IMG/VR virus record: IMGVR_UViG_3300029485_000297
Direction: 5' to 3' (one strand)
DNA: 64,000 nucleotides
From: a virus
Lineage: Duplodnaviria; Heunggongvirae; Uroviricota; Caudoviricetes
Shown: positions 40,913 to 51,042 of the stretch, one piece after another
How positions within the stretch are numbered: position 1 is the first letter of the stretch
Layout: each line of letters begins with the position of its first letter
Made by a program: the position numbers and the translations under genes
Notes under the pieces: model-generated
Databases searched by the model: none
What the model was told of the DNA's origin: nothing
What the model saw: only the letters and a program-made list of their open reading frames with translations

Positions 40913-41286
40913 AGCGGAATTTCTTCTGAGTTTTCAGAGAACAAATACATATAAAAATAAAGAAAAAGAGGATTAAATATATGAGTAAAGCTGTTTTAGT
41001 GTTAGATATGCCTGGAACTTGTTGTGATTGTAATTTTTGTAGAGAAATACAAGAAGGTATCGAAGCATGTTGTGAATTAATGGATGAGCCAAATGATAAT
41101 ACTCTTTGTAGAATGGTTGATAGTAAAAATGGATATTGTCAAGAAAAACCAAATTGGTGTCCATTAAAAGAATTACCAGAAGAGACTCACAATGATGAAT
41201 ATATGGATGAATATTGTGATGGCTATGATAATGGTTGGAACTCATTAAGAAAGGAAATTTTAGGCGAAGATGAGGAGAATAAGTAG

Positions 41287-41634
41287 ATGACAGTTGGTGT
41301 AAAAATATATGAAGCAAAAGATACAATTAAGAAATACGAAAACCTTGGGTATAGATTTGTTGGTGAAGAAAATGTGGGTGAAGGATACCTAAAGCTCATA
41401 TTCAGAGATCCTATTATTCAAAAAGAGAATTTAATTAAAATACCAAATGTTTCATCTACTGTTACAGGTACGATTCCAAGAGTATTTCTTTTTAAAACTG
41501 ATTTACCATTTGACGATGCCGAGAAAATAGGTGAATGGATTTATAAAAGTATTAAGAAAGGTGTGCTTGTTATTCCAGAATGTGTTGAATTTATAGGTGT
41601 AGAAGATTTGTATAAGACAGAAAGGATAGAATAA
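41287..41634 (+). CDS. hypothetical protein
   Basis: 115-aa ORF. Confidence 0.4.
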   Translation: MTVGVKIYEAKDTIKKYENLGYRFVGEENVGEGYLKLIFRDPIIQKENLIKIPNVSSTVTGTIPRVFLFKTDLPFDDAEKIGEWIYKSIKKGVLVIPECVEFIGVEDLYKTERIE

Positions 41635-42171
41635 ATGAATAAAGAAAAACAAATTGAGGTATTAGAAGACCTGAAATCTTATGTAAATGAAAATTGGGAT
41701 GAGTATGAATATGCAGATGATATAAACGATGCCAATGTAGCACTAGATGCAGCAATAACTTTACTCAAATCGTCTAAAGTTGCAGGTACATTAACCATAA
41801 ATAATAAAAGTTATATAGTTCTTGAAGGGTAAGAATCATAGATTTCTTTTGAACTTTTGGGAGGTGAATTATGGCTTATATAGAGAATATTGTAATAGGA
41901 AATCCAATAGTCGAGCCACAGCAGATGTTTGCACTAGATGAAAATGATTGGAACAGAATTGAGCAAGAAAAAACTTATTATACAAATGAGAGATTTCTTC
42001 CGAGAATTCTTGTGGAATTAGGCATTTATCCCTCAATTAGTGAAATTAGAAGAAATAAACCTAATCTTATGGTGAGTTTAGATAATGTTGATTTTATTGA
42101 TAACTTGAAAGTTAGTAGAAAAAGAAGACTGTGGATATTGATTGGAGAATAATACGACAGGAGGTGACACA

Positions 42172-42858
42172 ATGAGTAAGATATACGATTATAACGAATA
42201 TCAAGATCAACGAGTAAAAGTTACATATACTGATAAAAGAAAATACAGAGAAGAAAATATTGTTGGTCGATATGGACAAGTTATTAAAACTACAAGTGGT
42301 TCAATAGCTGTTCAGATTGACGGAATGTACAACGCAGCAAGTTCCAATGGATTCTATTGGTTTAGTAGAAGTGAATTGAATATTATTAGAGATGAAAGTG
42401 AGGATAATAAAATGACAGGTTTTGAGCAGGTAGCAATTGTTAATTTAGTAGAGGATTATAGTAAAAAGGACTATGGTTTTGCTTTATATGAAGATGAAAG
42501 AAATCTTATTGTAGAGAAAGACCCATCAAAGCATCCAGTATATGTTGTAGTAAATACAAGAGGAAAAGACAATAGAGTTCTTGGTATTATAAAAGAATTA
42601 ATGACAGTTGAAGAATATGGTAAGAATGTAACAGCTCAGGTCGTTGGTGTTGTTAATATGGATGGATATAATGCAAGAATTGATGAAGAAAATCGTCAGA
42701 AAGAAATTGCAAAGCAGAAAGCTTCTATTGAGAAGGAATTAAAGTCTGAGATTGAAAAGATGAATAATATTGCTTTATATGAAAAGATGGCAAAGGAGCA
42801 TCCTGAGAATCCAAGACTCGCTGAACTTGTTAATGCACTAAAAGAGTTAGGAGAATAA
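42172..42858 (+). CDS. hypothetical protein
   Basis: ATG 42172 after GGAGGTGACACA. Confidence 0.45.
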   Translation: MSKIYDYNEYQDQRVKVTYTDKRKYREENIVGRYGQVIKTTSGSIAVQIDGMYNAASSNGFYWFSRSELNIIRDESEDNKMTGFEQVAIVNLVEDYSKKDYGFALYEDERNLIVEKDPSKHPVYVVVNTRGKDNRVLGIIKELMTVEEYGKNVTAQVVGVVNMDGYNARIDEENRQKEIAKQKASIEKELKSEIEKMNNIALYEKMAKEHPENPRLAELVNALKELGE

Positions 42859-43280
42859 TATGGCAGGATTTGTATCAAAACAGCCAAATGGATTATATTG
42901 TAGATTTTCGAGTGTCACGGATTGTCCTACGGCATGGAACATGACACGAGAAGATTATATCAATATGAAAATGCAGGAAGCAAAAGAAGATGCCGAAGAT
43001 GTGTTGGATAATTATTTGAAGCCGTTTGATATGGTGGTAGATATGTATTATCCAAACAATATGACAAAAGAGGAATTTGATGAGTTTCTTGAAGAGACTG
43101 GATATAGCAAAGGAGAATAAGCCATATGAAGAACTGTGTAATTTTAGAAATGGAAAACAGCAATGATTTTGAGAATGCTATGAATGATTATTTGGATGAT
43201 GGATACAAAGTAGAATCCAGTTCATGCAATAGTAGATACTATAAAGCAATTCTTGTGTTAAAGGAGGATGAATAAATCAT

Positions 43281-43640
43281 ATGAAGAAGAAAATTTTATA
43301 TAGTTTGGCTTTACTATTAGCATTTATGTTTATATTAACTGGCTGTGCAAAATGCATTAGTACCGAAACATCTACAGTTCAAGTAAAAATAATAGATGAA
43401 TATCACAGGGCTGCTTATACAACAATGCATTATAGTCCTGCGACTAAAACGATGTTACCACAATCGCATCCAGCAGTTTATAGAATTACTGTTGAATATA
43501 ACGGTGTAGAATATAATATTTCTGGTAGTAATACATATAACAAATATTCAGACAAAATTGGAGAATATGTTGATGGAATATTAGAAACCAAGAAATATGA
43601 CGATGGTACTGTTAGATACAATATTGTTGACTTACCATAG
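43281..43640 (+). CDS. lipoprotein
   Basis: Signal peptide MKKKILYSLALLLAFMFILTGC with lipobox LTGC. RBS AAGGAGGATG. Confidence 0.55.
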   Translation: MKKKILYSLALLLAFMFILTGCAKCISTETSTVQVKIIDEYHRAAYTTMHYSPATKTMLPQSHPAVYRITVEYNGVEYNISGSNTYNKYSDKIGEYVDGILETKKYDDGTVRYNIVDLP

Positions 43641-43972
43641 TAAATAAATGATATTACAAAAGACACAGTAAACCGAAGTTTCTTCGGATTTAGGAGGTAG
43701 AAATGGCAAACTTAAATTTAGAAGATTTCAGTGAAGAATATAGAAAAACAGCACCAATGGAGTGTTCTTTGTATTTAGTTTCTTGTTTAGACAAGGATAC
43801 ACAAGTTCAGTTAAAGAAAGATTGGAATGAAGTTGGTGGTGTGAAAGCAATTCCGTATTGGAAATGGTGCATGGAACATATTGATGTAACCTATCACAAT
43901 TAAGAGAATAATACATTGAAAGGAGCATGAGATTTGCTGCAGCATTAAATCATGATTTGCTCTGAGTAAGAA

Positions 43973-44731
43973 ATGTTAGAGATTAACAAAATATACAATG
44001 AAGATTGTCTTGAAGGTATGAAAAAGATTAATGATAAATCGGTTGATTTTATACTCACGGATCTTCCGTTTTCAACAACCCAGAATTCATGGGATGTGCT
44101 AATTCCATTCGAGTCGTTATGGGAACAATACGAGAGAATTATCAAAGATAATGGCTGTATTGCATTATGGGCGCAATCACCATTTGATAAGAAACTCGCT
44201 TGTAGTAATGAAAAGCTATATCGCTATGAATGGATTATCGAAAAGACCAAAGCAACTGGTCATCTAAATGCAAAGAAAATGCCTATGAAGGCACACGAAA
44301 ATGTCTTAATTTTCTATAAGAAACTCCCTACTTACAATCCTCAAATGACAGAAGGGCATACACCCGTACATTCTTATACGAAACATACAACAGATGGTAA
44401 TTGTTATGGTGCTACAAAAACTGGTATTTCAGGTGGTGGTAGCACACAAAGATACCCAAGAGATATTCTGCAGTTTAAGTGGGATACTCAGAAAAGTAGC
44501 TTGCATCAGTGTCAAAAACCTGTTGAAGCATGTGAGTATTTTATCAAGACATACACAAATCCAGGCGATTTAGTTCTTGATTCATGTGCAGGAAGTTGCA
44601 CAACTGCGATTGCAGCTATGAATACGAATAGAAATTACATATGTTTTGAGAAGGATAAGGATATTTTTGAAGTTGGAAGTAAGAGAGTTACTGAATATGC
44701 TCATCAGGATTTATTAATGAGTGCAACATAA
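43973..44731 (+). CDS. beta-class N6-adenine/N4-cytosine DNA methyltransferase
   Basis: N-terminal FILTDLPF (DPPY-type variant). C-terminal HQCQKPVEACEYFI...GDLVLDSCAGSCTTAIAA (H.tQKP ... FxGSGTT-type motif I). Confidence 0.65.
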   Translation: MLEINKIYNEDCLEGMKKINDKSVDFILTDLPFSTTQNSWDVLIPFESLWEQYERIIKDNGCIALWAQSPFDKKLACSNEKLYRYEWIIEKTKATGHLNAKKMPMKAHENVLIFYKKLPTYNPQMTEGHTPVHSYTKHTTDGNCYGATKTGISGGGSTQRYPRDILQFKWDTQKSSLHQCQKPVEACEYFIKTYTNPGDLVLDSCAGSCTTAIAAMNTNRNYICFEKDKDIFEVGSKRVTEYAHQDLLMSAT

Positions 44732-44792
44732 GAAGTAATAAGAAAGAAATCTTTCAAGCGATTTTTATTAAGAATAAGAAAGGAATAGATAT

Positions 44793-45062
44793 ATGAAAAT
44801 TTTATCATTAAACAATGAACACATTAAAAAAGATACAGAAAGCTTAGGATATGGGTGTGTTTGTCCTTATTGTGATACTGTTTTTATTTTTGACAGTAAA
44901 GATATTAGTAGACCACGAACACCTTTTCCTGATCCTAAAGATTGTAAGGTTACATGTCCTAATACAAGCTGTCGCAGGATATTATCAATGGATAATCCAT
45001 GCATTCATACTTTTAAAAGCAGTGATGAAAAATATGAATTTGAACACAGGTATGACGAGTAG
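44793..45062 (+). CDS. zinc-ribbon protein
   Basis: CVCPYCDTVF...CKVTCPNTSCRR. Confidence 0.4.
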   Translation: MKILSLNNEHIKKDTESLGYGCVCPYCDTVFIFDSKDISRPRTPFPDPKDCKVTCPNTSCRRILSMDNPCIHTFKSSDEKYEFEHRYDE

Positions 45063-45663
45063 GAGAATAACTAAATGGCAGAAAAATTTTTAATAGTAAA
45101 GCAACTCGATACAGAAAAATTAAGTGGAAAAATTGCTTATTTTGTATATGAGAATGGTCATGATCCATATATTTTTGCAAATCATGAAACTTTAGAAGCA
45201 TTAAAGAAGCCATATGAACAGGAAATGGTGTTTACCCGTTTTGATGGTAAGAAAACTCTTTGTAAAGGTCTGATTAGTAGGTATCAAGGCTACAAGATGT
45301 TTGAAGACAACACATTAAAATATGGTGAGATTGAATTGAGATAAGAGAGGAGATACAAAGATGTTAAAAGATAATGGAAATAAACGAAGATTCAACGATA
45401 GTGGAGAACATGTTGAGATGATTTTTTCATACGAAGTTCCATATGGGAATAAGTATGGTTTGTCTACAGGGAATAAAGGTGTTTTTTGCACAAGAGAAAT
45501 GTATGAATTTGAGAATGTAACAGAAATTGAAAACCTCATGTTAGGACTTGCTGATATGTTGAATAAAATCAGATGTAATAATGGTGGTAATTTGAGATAA
45601 AAATATTAATACGAAAGGAGTGGGAGTGGCAGCCTTAAAGAAATTTCGCTCTGAGTAGATTGA

Positions 45664-46389
45664 ATGGTTTATCAAGGAAGTAAAAATAGATTGGCAAAAT
45701 TTTTAGTGCCAATTATTCAGAAGTATATTGATGATAACAATATTAAAACTTACATAGAACCTATGTGTGGTAGTTGTTCAATAATAGAACAGATTAAATG
45801 TGATAATAAAATTGCATCAGATATAAATGATGAACTTATTGCTTTACTACAATATGCTAAGTCAGATGCAGAGTTATCTATCGCACCCGAAGATTGTTTA
45901 TTTGAACATTATGCGGATGTTAGAGAGAATAGAAAACATGGTACAAATAAATATTCTAAAGAATATACGGCTCTCATTGGTTATTGCGCATCCTATGGCG
46001 GTAGATATTTTGAAGGTGGATTTGGTAGAGATAAGACTGGTAAACGAAATATCTATGCTGAAAGAGTTAAAAATTTGAAAGAAGATTGTGAACTACTCCA
46101 AAATATAGATATTAGATGTTGTGATTATAAAGACTTTGCAGATTATAAAAACTGTCTTTTCTACTTCGATCCCCCATATCGTAATACAAAACAGTATTCT
46201 AAACAGTCAATCAATTATGACGAATTCTACGATTTTCTTCGTAAACTTTCAGAGAATAATATAGTGTTGATAAGTGAATATAACATGCCTAATGATTTTA
46301 AGTGTATCTGGCAGAAAGAACGTAAAGTGTTGCAGAAGTCAGATAGAGTTACAGGTGAAAAAGCAGTAGAAAAGCTATTTGAGATTTAA
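45664..46389 (+). CDS. Dam-family (D12-class) N6-adenine DNA methyltransferase, copy 2
   Basis: QGSKNRLAKFLVPII...YIEPMCGSCSI and LFYFDPPYRNT. Roughly 45% identical by eye to the 40187 copy. Confidence 0.7.
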   Translation: MVYQGSKNRLAKFLVPIIQKYIDDNNIKTYIEPMCGSCSIIEQIKCDNKIASDINDELIALLQYAKSDAELSIAPEDCLFEHYADVRENRKHGTNKYSKEYTALIGYCASYGGRYFEGGFGRDKTGKRNIYAERVKNLKEDCELLQNIDIRCCDYKDFADYKNCLFYFDPPYRNTKQYSKQSINYDEFYDFLRKLSENNIVLISEYNMPNDFKCIWQKERKVLQKSDRVTGEKAVEKLFEI

Positions 46390-47041
46390 TTCAAATGAAT
46401 CCTGTCTTTCATTGGGAGGTGATAACTTGAAGGAAGCGTTTAAAATGACTTGTACTGTATTATTAGTAGTTGCAATTATATGTGCTATGGCAATTGGATT
46501 AGTTTTAGGATTTAGTCTTTTACTATCTTTATTCCTGCCACAATCAATTGCCTTAGTTGGTGGTATTGTTTTAGGTATATTCACTTTTACTTTTGTAATG
46601 ATCTTATTTGATCAGAAATATGAAGAGAATAATTAATTGTGAGGTGTTTATGAATAAATATTGGGAAGTAGGAGAGAAAAACGAATTTGGCAAAGAATGT
46701 TATAAACTACATTTCAGTCAGTTCTATGAAGAAGAAAAGGAGAATGTAGTAGCTGGATTTGTTCAAGATGAAACGGATGAGAATGTTTATATTTATGTTT
46801 CAGAAGAATTAAATGTAGAATATGACACAATTATTGCTGATAGCATAGAAGATGCAAAACAACAGATTGAAGATATGTTAGTTGAGCATTGGAAAGATGA
46901 GATAGATTATCTTGAAAATAGAGTAAAAGCATTTCAAGATGACGAGAATTGAAACCGACATTTCATGGCAAGTTTGAAGCTACATATAGTGGTTGAATGA
47001 ATTGTAAAACACAATATATAGTAAAGAAAGGAAGGGATATT

Positions 47042-47554
47042 ATGAGTAAAACACTAATTGTAATTGATATGCAGAATGATTTTATTGATGGCTCACTCGG
47101 CACAAAGGAAGCACAGAGTATTGTACCTAATGTGGCAAAGAAAATCAAGAAGTATAGAGAAAATAGTAATAGTGTAATTTTTACAAGAGATACACACCCA
47201 AATAATTATTTAGAAACATATGAAGGAAAGCATCTTCCTGTTGTTCATTGTGTAAAAAATACAATCGGATGGCAGATATCAGATAAGTTAGATTTTGATA
47301 TTGACAATGACGTAGTTATTGATAAGACAACTTTCGGATGGACACATTGGGATGATTTTGATTTTACAGAAGTAGAAGTTTGTGGTCTTTGCACAGATAT
47401 TTGTGTAGTGTCAAATGTACTTATGATTAGAGCAAATTATCCTAACATTGATATTACAGTAGATGCAAGTTGCTGTGCAGGTGTAACACCTGAGACACAT
47501 AAGGCTGCATTAGAGACAATGAAGATGTGTCAGATTAATGTGATTGGAGAATAA
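47042..47554 (+). CDS. pncA: nicotinamidase (isochorismatase-fold cysteine hydrolase)
   Basis: LIVIDMQNDF start, DKTTFG lysine, GLCTDICVVSNV catalytic Cys motif. ATG 47042 after AGGAAGGG. Confidence 0.7.
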   Translation: MSKTLIVIDMQNDFIDGSLGTKEAQSIVPNVAKKIKKYRENSNSVIFTRDTHPNNYLETYEGKHLPVVHCVKNTIGWQISDKLDFDIDNDVVIDKTTFGWTHWDDFDFTEVEVCGLCTDICVVSNVLMIRANYPNIDITVDASCCAGVTPETHKAALETMKMCQINVIGE

Positions 47555-48110
47555 TATGAAGTACAGTAATTATATATCAAATATCTTTAAACATTTCAAA
47601 AAGATATGCGTTCATAAGTATTGGGTATTTTATTACTGTTGTAAAGCAGGAATCCCATTTCAAGGATTAGTACATGATTTATCAAAGTTTTCTCCGACAG
47701 AGTTTTGGGAAAGTGTTAAGTATTATCAAGGCACTTCAAGTCCGATTGATGCTTGTAAGAAGGTAAATGGTTGGTCAGCAGCTTGGATGCATCATAAGGG
47801 AAGAAATAAACACCATTACGAATATTGGCAAGATAATTTTGATAATGGTGGGAATCCGATTGAAATGCCAATGAAGTATAAAAAAGAAATGTTATGTGAT
47901 TATCTTGGTGCTGGCAGAGCATATCATGGGAAAGCTTTTAATTTTGAAAAAGAGTTGCAATGGTGGAAATCAAAGAAGAGTAAACCGATTGCTATGCACC
48001 CAAATGATATGGCATTCATTGATAAGTACATAAACTTATTTTATGAGTGCGAAAAGAGAGAATATGATATTGGAACAATATTCAATTTAATTAAGAAAGA
48101 AGGAAAATAA
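47544..48110 (+). CDS. hypothetical protein embedded in the NAD cluster, possible HD-type phosphohydrolase
   Basis: H(21)...LVHDLSKF...HHKGRNKHH...D spacing is reminiscent of HD domains. Overlaps the pncA end and abuts pncB. Confidence 0.4.
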   Translation: MENNMKYSNYISNIFKHFKKICVHKYWVFYYCCKAGIPFQGLVHDLSKFSPTEFWESVKYYQGTSSPIDACKKVNGWSAAWMHHKGRNKHHYEYWQDNFDNGGNPIEMPMKYKKEMLCDYLGAGRAYHGKAFNFEKELQWWKSKKSKPIAMHPNDMAFIDKYINLFYECEKREYDIGTIFNLIKKEGK

Positions 48111-48112
48111 TT

Positions 48113-49321
48113 ATGGAGCAGATCATTAACAGTTTATTAGAAACAGACGCATATAAGCTTTCAATGGGACAGGCTATTTATCATCAGTTTAGCGATTACA
48201 AGACTACTTGGAGTTTTAGATGTCGTAACAAGGATGTATTTTTTACACCTGAAATGGTAGAGGAAATCAAGAGACAGATTAAGTTATATTGTGGTCTGAG
48301 ATTTACAGAAGATGAACTTTCTTATATTGATAATATCAAGTGGATGAAAGGTTCATATGTAGATTTTCTGAGATTGTGGCAACCAAGATATGAAGATTTT
48401 GAAATTACAACAGACGCTGAGTGTGGATTGGCAATTGAGACAAGGGGAACATGGCTTAACACTTCTATGTATGAGATTCCAACTCTTGCTATCGTCAACG
48501 AGGTTTATTTCAGAATGGCTTACAACTATGATGAATTACTTGAAAGTTTCAAGAAGAGACTTGATGAAAAGTATGAAAATCTTAGAAGTGGTCATTGGTA
48601 TGTAGGTACTTTTTCAGAATTTGGTCTGAGACGTAGACTTTCTGCTGAAGCACAGGAGTTAGCTGTTGAGAAGTTTTCACATTTGAATGATACATTGCAT
48701 AGTCCATCTAAGTTTGTTGGTACATCTAATGTATATCTCGCAAAGAAATATAATCTCACGCCTGTTGGAACTATGGCTCATGAATGGATTATGTGTTCTG
48801 GTCAGGGCAACCACAAGCACAATCCAGCATATTCAAACTGGTATGCCCTAGACGCATGGGTTAGAGAGTATGGTGTGTTAAATGGTATTGCGCTCACAGA
48901 TACAATTACAACTGATTGTTTCTTGAAAGATTTTCAGTTGACATATGCAACATTATTCAGTGGTGTAAGACATGATAGTGGTGATCCGATTGAATGGGGT
49001 GAAAAGATGATTAATCATTATGAGTCACTTGGTATCAATCCTAAGACAAAGACACTTCTGTTTAGTGACAGTCTTGATTTTGAAAGAGCTGATAAGTTAT
49101 TCAGACACTTCCATGATAGAGTAAACGTTGCATTTGGAATTGGTACTTATTTGAGTAATGACACAGATGTTCCTGCTTTAAATATTGTAATGAAAACCAC
49201 TAAATGTAACGGTATGGATGTTGCAAAAGTGTCTGATGTAGAAGGTAAAGGTATGTGTAAAAACCCTGATTATGTTGATTATTTAAAGAGATGTATTAAT
49301 TGGAGAATGAATCATGAATAA
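48113..49321 (+). CDS. pncB: nicotinate phosphoribosyltransferase
   Basis: Collinear with E. coli PncB: SLLETDAYKLSM, FRCR, GTSNVYLAKKYNLTPVGTMAHEW, GIALTDTITTDCFLKDF, GVRHDSGDPIEWGEKMINHYESLGINPKTK, FGIGT, LNIVMK..CNG..VAKVSD..GK..C. Confidence 0.9.
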   Translation: MEQIINSLLETDAYKLSMGQAIYHQFSDYKTTWSFRCRNKDVFFTPEMVEEIKRQIKLYCGLRFTEDELSYIDNIKWMKGSYVDFLRLWQPRYEDFEITTDAECGLAIETRGTWLNTSMYEIPTLAIVNEVYFRMAYNYDELLESFKKRLDEKYENLRSGHWYVGTFSEFGLRRRLSAEAQELAVEKFSHLNDTLHSPSKFVGTSNVYLAKKYNLTPVGTMAHEWIMCSGQGNHKHNPAYSNWYALDAWVREYGVLNGIALTDTITTDCFLKDFQLTYATLFSGVRHDSGDPIEWGEKMINHYESLGINPKTKTLLFSDSLDFERADKLFRHFHDRVNVAFGIGTYLSNDTDVPALNIVMKTTKCNGMDVAKVSDVEGKGMCKNPDYVDYLKRCINWRMNHE

Positions 49322-49940
49322 AATTTTACTTATACCAGGAAGTTTTAATCCAATTACTAACGCCCATGTTGATATGGCATTGACTGCTAAAAAAGCGGTT
49401 AATGCCGATGCTATATTATTTATTCCTGCACATGATACATATGTTGCGAAGAAAAAGACTTTGATACCTGGATATTGTCGGGTATCGCTGATTAATTCAA
49501 TGCCAAATTGTGATGAAAATAATATGTGGGCATCCGAAGTTGAAACAACCAGCTTCTTTCCACAGAGGACATACAATACTATTACTCAGATAAGAGATAT
49601 GAATGAAAAAGATTATATCTTCAACGAATACTATATTTGTTTAGGAATGGATAACATTGAAACACTTACAACTTGGTATAATTGGAAACCGTTTGTTGAG
49701 GAATATAATTTTGTAGCATGTGTGAGAGAAGGTCAGAATCTTGAGACTGCTTTAAGAGAAGCAAATCTTATGGAATATAAAGATCACTTTACAGAAATTC
49801 AGATACCTGAAAATCATACTTCTTCAAGTTTGGTTAGAGATTTATGTGAACAAGGTGAATTTGAAAAGGTAAAAGAATTAGTCCCTAGAAATGTATATGA
49901 GTATTTAATTCGGTTCTATGATGTAATGAATCGAATGTAG
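49314..49940 (+). CDS. nadD: nicotinate/nicotinamide mononucleotide adenylyltransferase-like nucleotidyltransferase
   Basis: GSFNPITNAH ((H/T)xGH-type motif) and TSSSLVRD (ISxxxxR motif). 208 aa, the NadD size. Start overlaps the pncB stop. Confidence 0.6.
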   Translation: MNKILLIPGSFNPITNAHVDMALTAKKAVNADAILFIPAHDTYVAKKKTLIPGYCRVSLINSMPNCDENNMWASEVETTSFFPQRTYNTITQIRDMNEKDYIFNEYYICLGMDNIETLTTWYNWKPFVEEYNFVACVREGQNLETALREANLMEYKDHFTEIQIPENHTSSSLVRDLCEQGEFEKVKELVPRNVYEYLIRFYDVMNRM

Positions 49941-49956
49941 GAAGGAGAATATATAA

Positions 49957-50688
49957 ATGTTTGATGCTAAGAAAGTAAAAAATGAAATCGTAGAGTGGAT
50001 CAGAAATTGGTTTGAACAGAATGGTAAAGATTGTATGGCAGTTGTTGGTATCTCAGGTGGAAAGGATTCAAGTGTTGTGGCAGCATTATGTGTAGAAGCT
50101 CTTGGTAAGGATAGAGTAATTGGAGTCCTTATGCCACAAGGAGAACAAAGTGATATCGAATATTCAAAAATGTTGGTTGATTTTTTAGACATCACTAGAA
50201 TTACGTGCAATATCGAGGGTGCTGTCAATGAAGTGTTAGAGAGTTTTCAAGGTGTAGTTTCACCGACACCTCAGACAACAACAAATCTTCCTGCTCGTAT
50301 TCGTATGGCTACATTATATGCTATTTCCCAGTCAGTAAATGGTCGTGTTGCTAATACGTGTAATCTTTCCGAAGATTGGGTTGGTTACGCCACAAGATAT
50401 GGAGACGCAGCAGGTGATTTTAGTCCGTTATCACAGCTTACAGTTTCGGAAGTTAAGGCTATTGGTCGTGAGTTAGGACTTCCATCTGAGTTAGTAGATA
50501 AGACACCTACTGACGGTCTTTGTGGAAAGACTGACGAGGACAACCTTGGATTCACTTATGACACTCTTGATAGATATATCAGAACAGGAGAGATTAATGA
50601 TGGGGATGTAAAAGCGAAGATTGATTCAATGCATGAGAAGAATTTGTTCAAGCTTCAGCTTATGCCTTCATTCTATCCAAATTTCTAA
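49957..50688 (+). CDS. nadE: NH3-dependent NAD+ synthetase
   Basis: PP-loop VVGISGGKDSS, NLPARIRMATLYAI, TRYGDAAGDFSPL and GFTYDTLDRY are collinear with E. coli NadE. Confidence 0.85.
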   Translation: MFDAKKVKNEIVEWIRNWFEQNGKDCMAVVGISGGKDSSVVAALCVEALGKDRVIGVLMPQGEQSDIEYSKMLVDFLDITRITCNIEGAVNEVLESFQGVVSPTPQTTTNLPARIRMATLYAISQSVNGRVANTCNLSEDWVGYATRYGDAAGDFSPLSQLTVSEVKAIGRELGLPSELVDKTPTDGLCGKTDEDNLGFTYDTLDRYIRTGEINDGDVKAKIDSMHEKNLFKLQLMPSFYPNF

Positions 50689-50709
50689 AAACGATAGGAG
50701 AATATACAC

Positions 50710-51042
50710 ATGGAAATTTTAAATGTACCAAGAGGATACGGTAAATCAACAAGACTGATTATGAAAGCAGTAGAGACGGGATATCCAATTATCGTAGGAA
50801 CGGAGAGTATGAAACAGTATCTTTGTGATTTAGCAGAAAGAATTACTGATAAAAAGGTTAAGATTTATTCTGCATATGAATTTGCTGATATTGATGCAAT
50901 GAAAAGAGATAAAAATATTCTGATCGATGAGCTTCCACTTGTGTTGTCAATTCTGTTAAATACAAACGTGGAAATGGCTACTATGACAAGTAGTTCGCTT
51001 GAAAGATATGGTATTGAGCGATATAAGAACAGACTAAAATAA
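50710..51042 (+). CDS. small P-loop-like protein
   Basis: VPRGYGKST resembles a Walker A motif. 110 aa. Confidence 0.35.
   Translation: MEILNVPRGYGKSTRLIMKAVETGYPIIVGTESMKQYLCDLAERITDKKVKIYSAYEFADIDAMKRDKNILIDELPLVLSILLNTNVEMATMTSSSLERYGIERYKNRLK

Noticed and set aside
50710-51042. Small terminase subunit call for the RGYGKST protein
   Set aside because: The Walker-A-like string is too short and the protein is 110 aa with no large terminase nearby, so it is left as a P-loop-like hypothetical.
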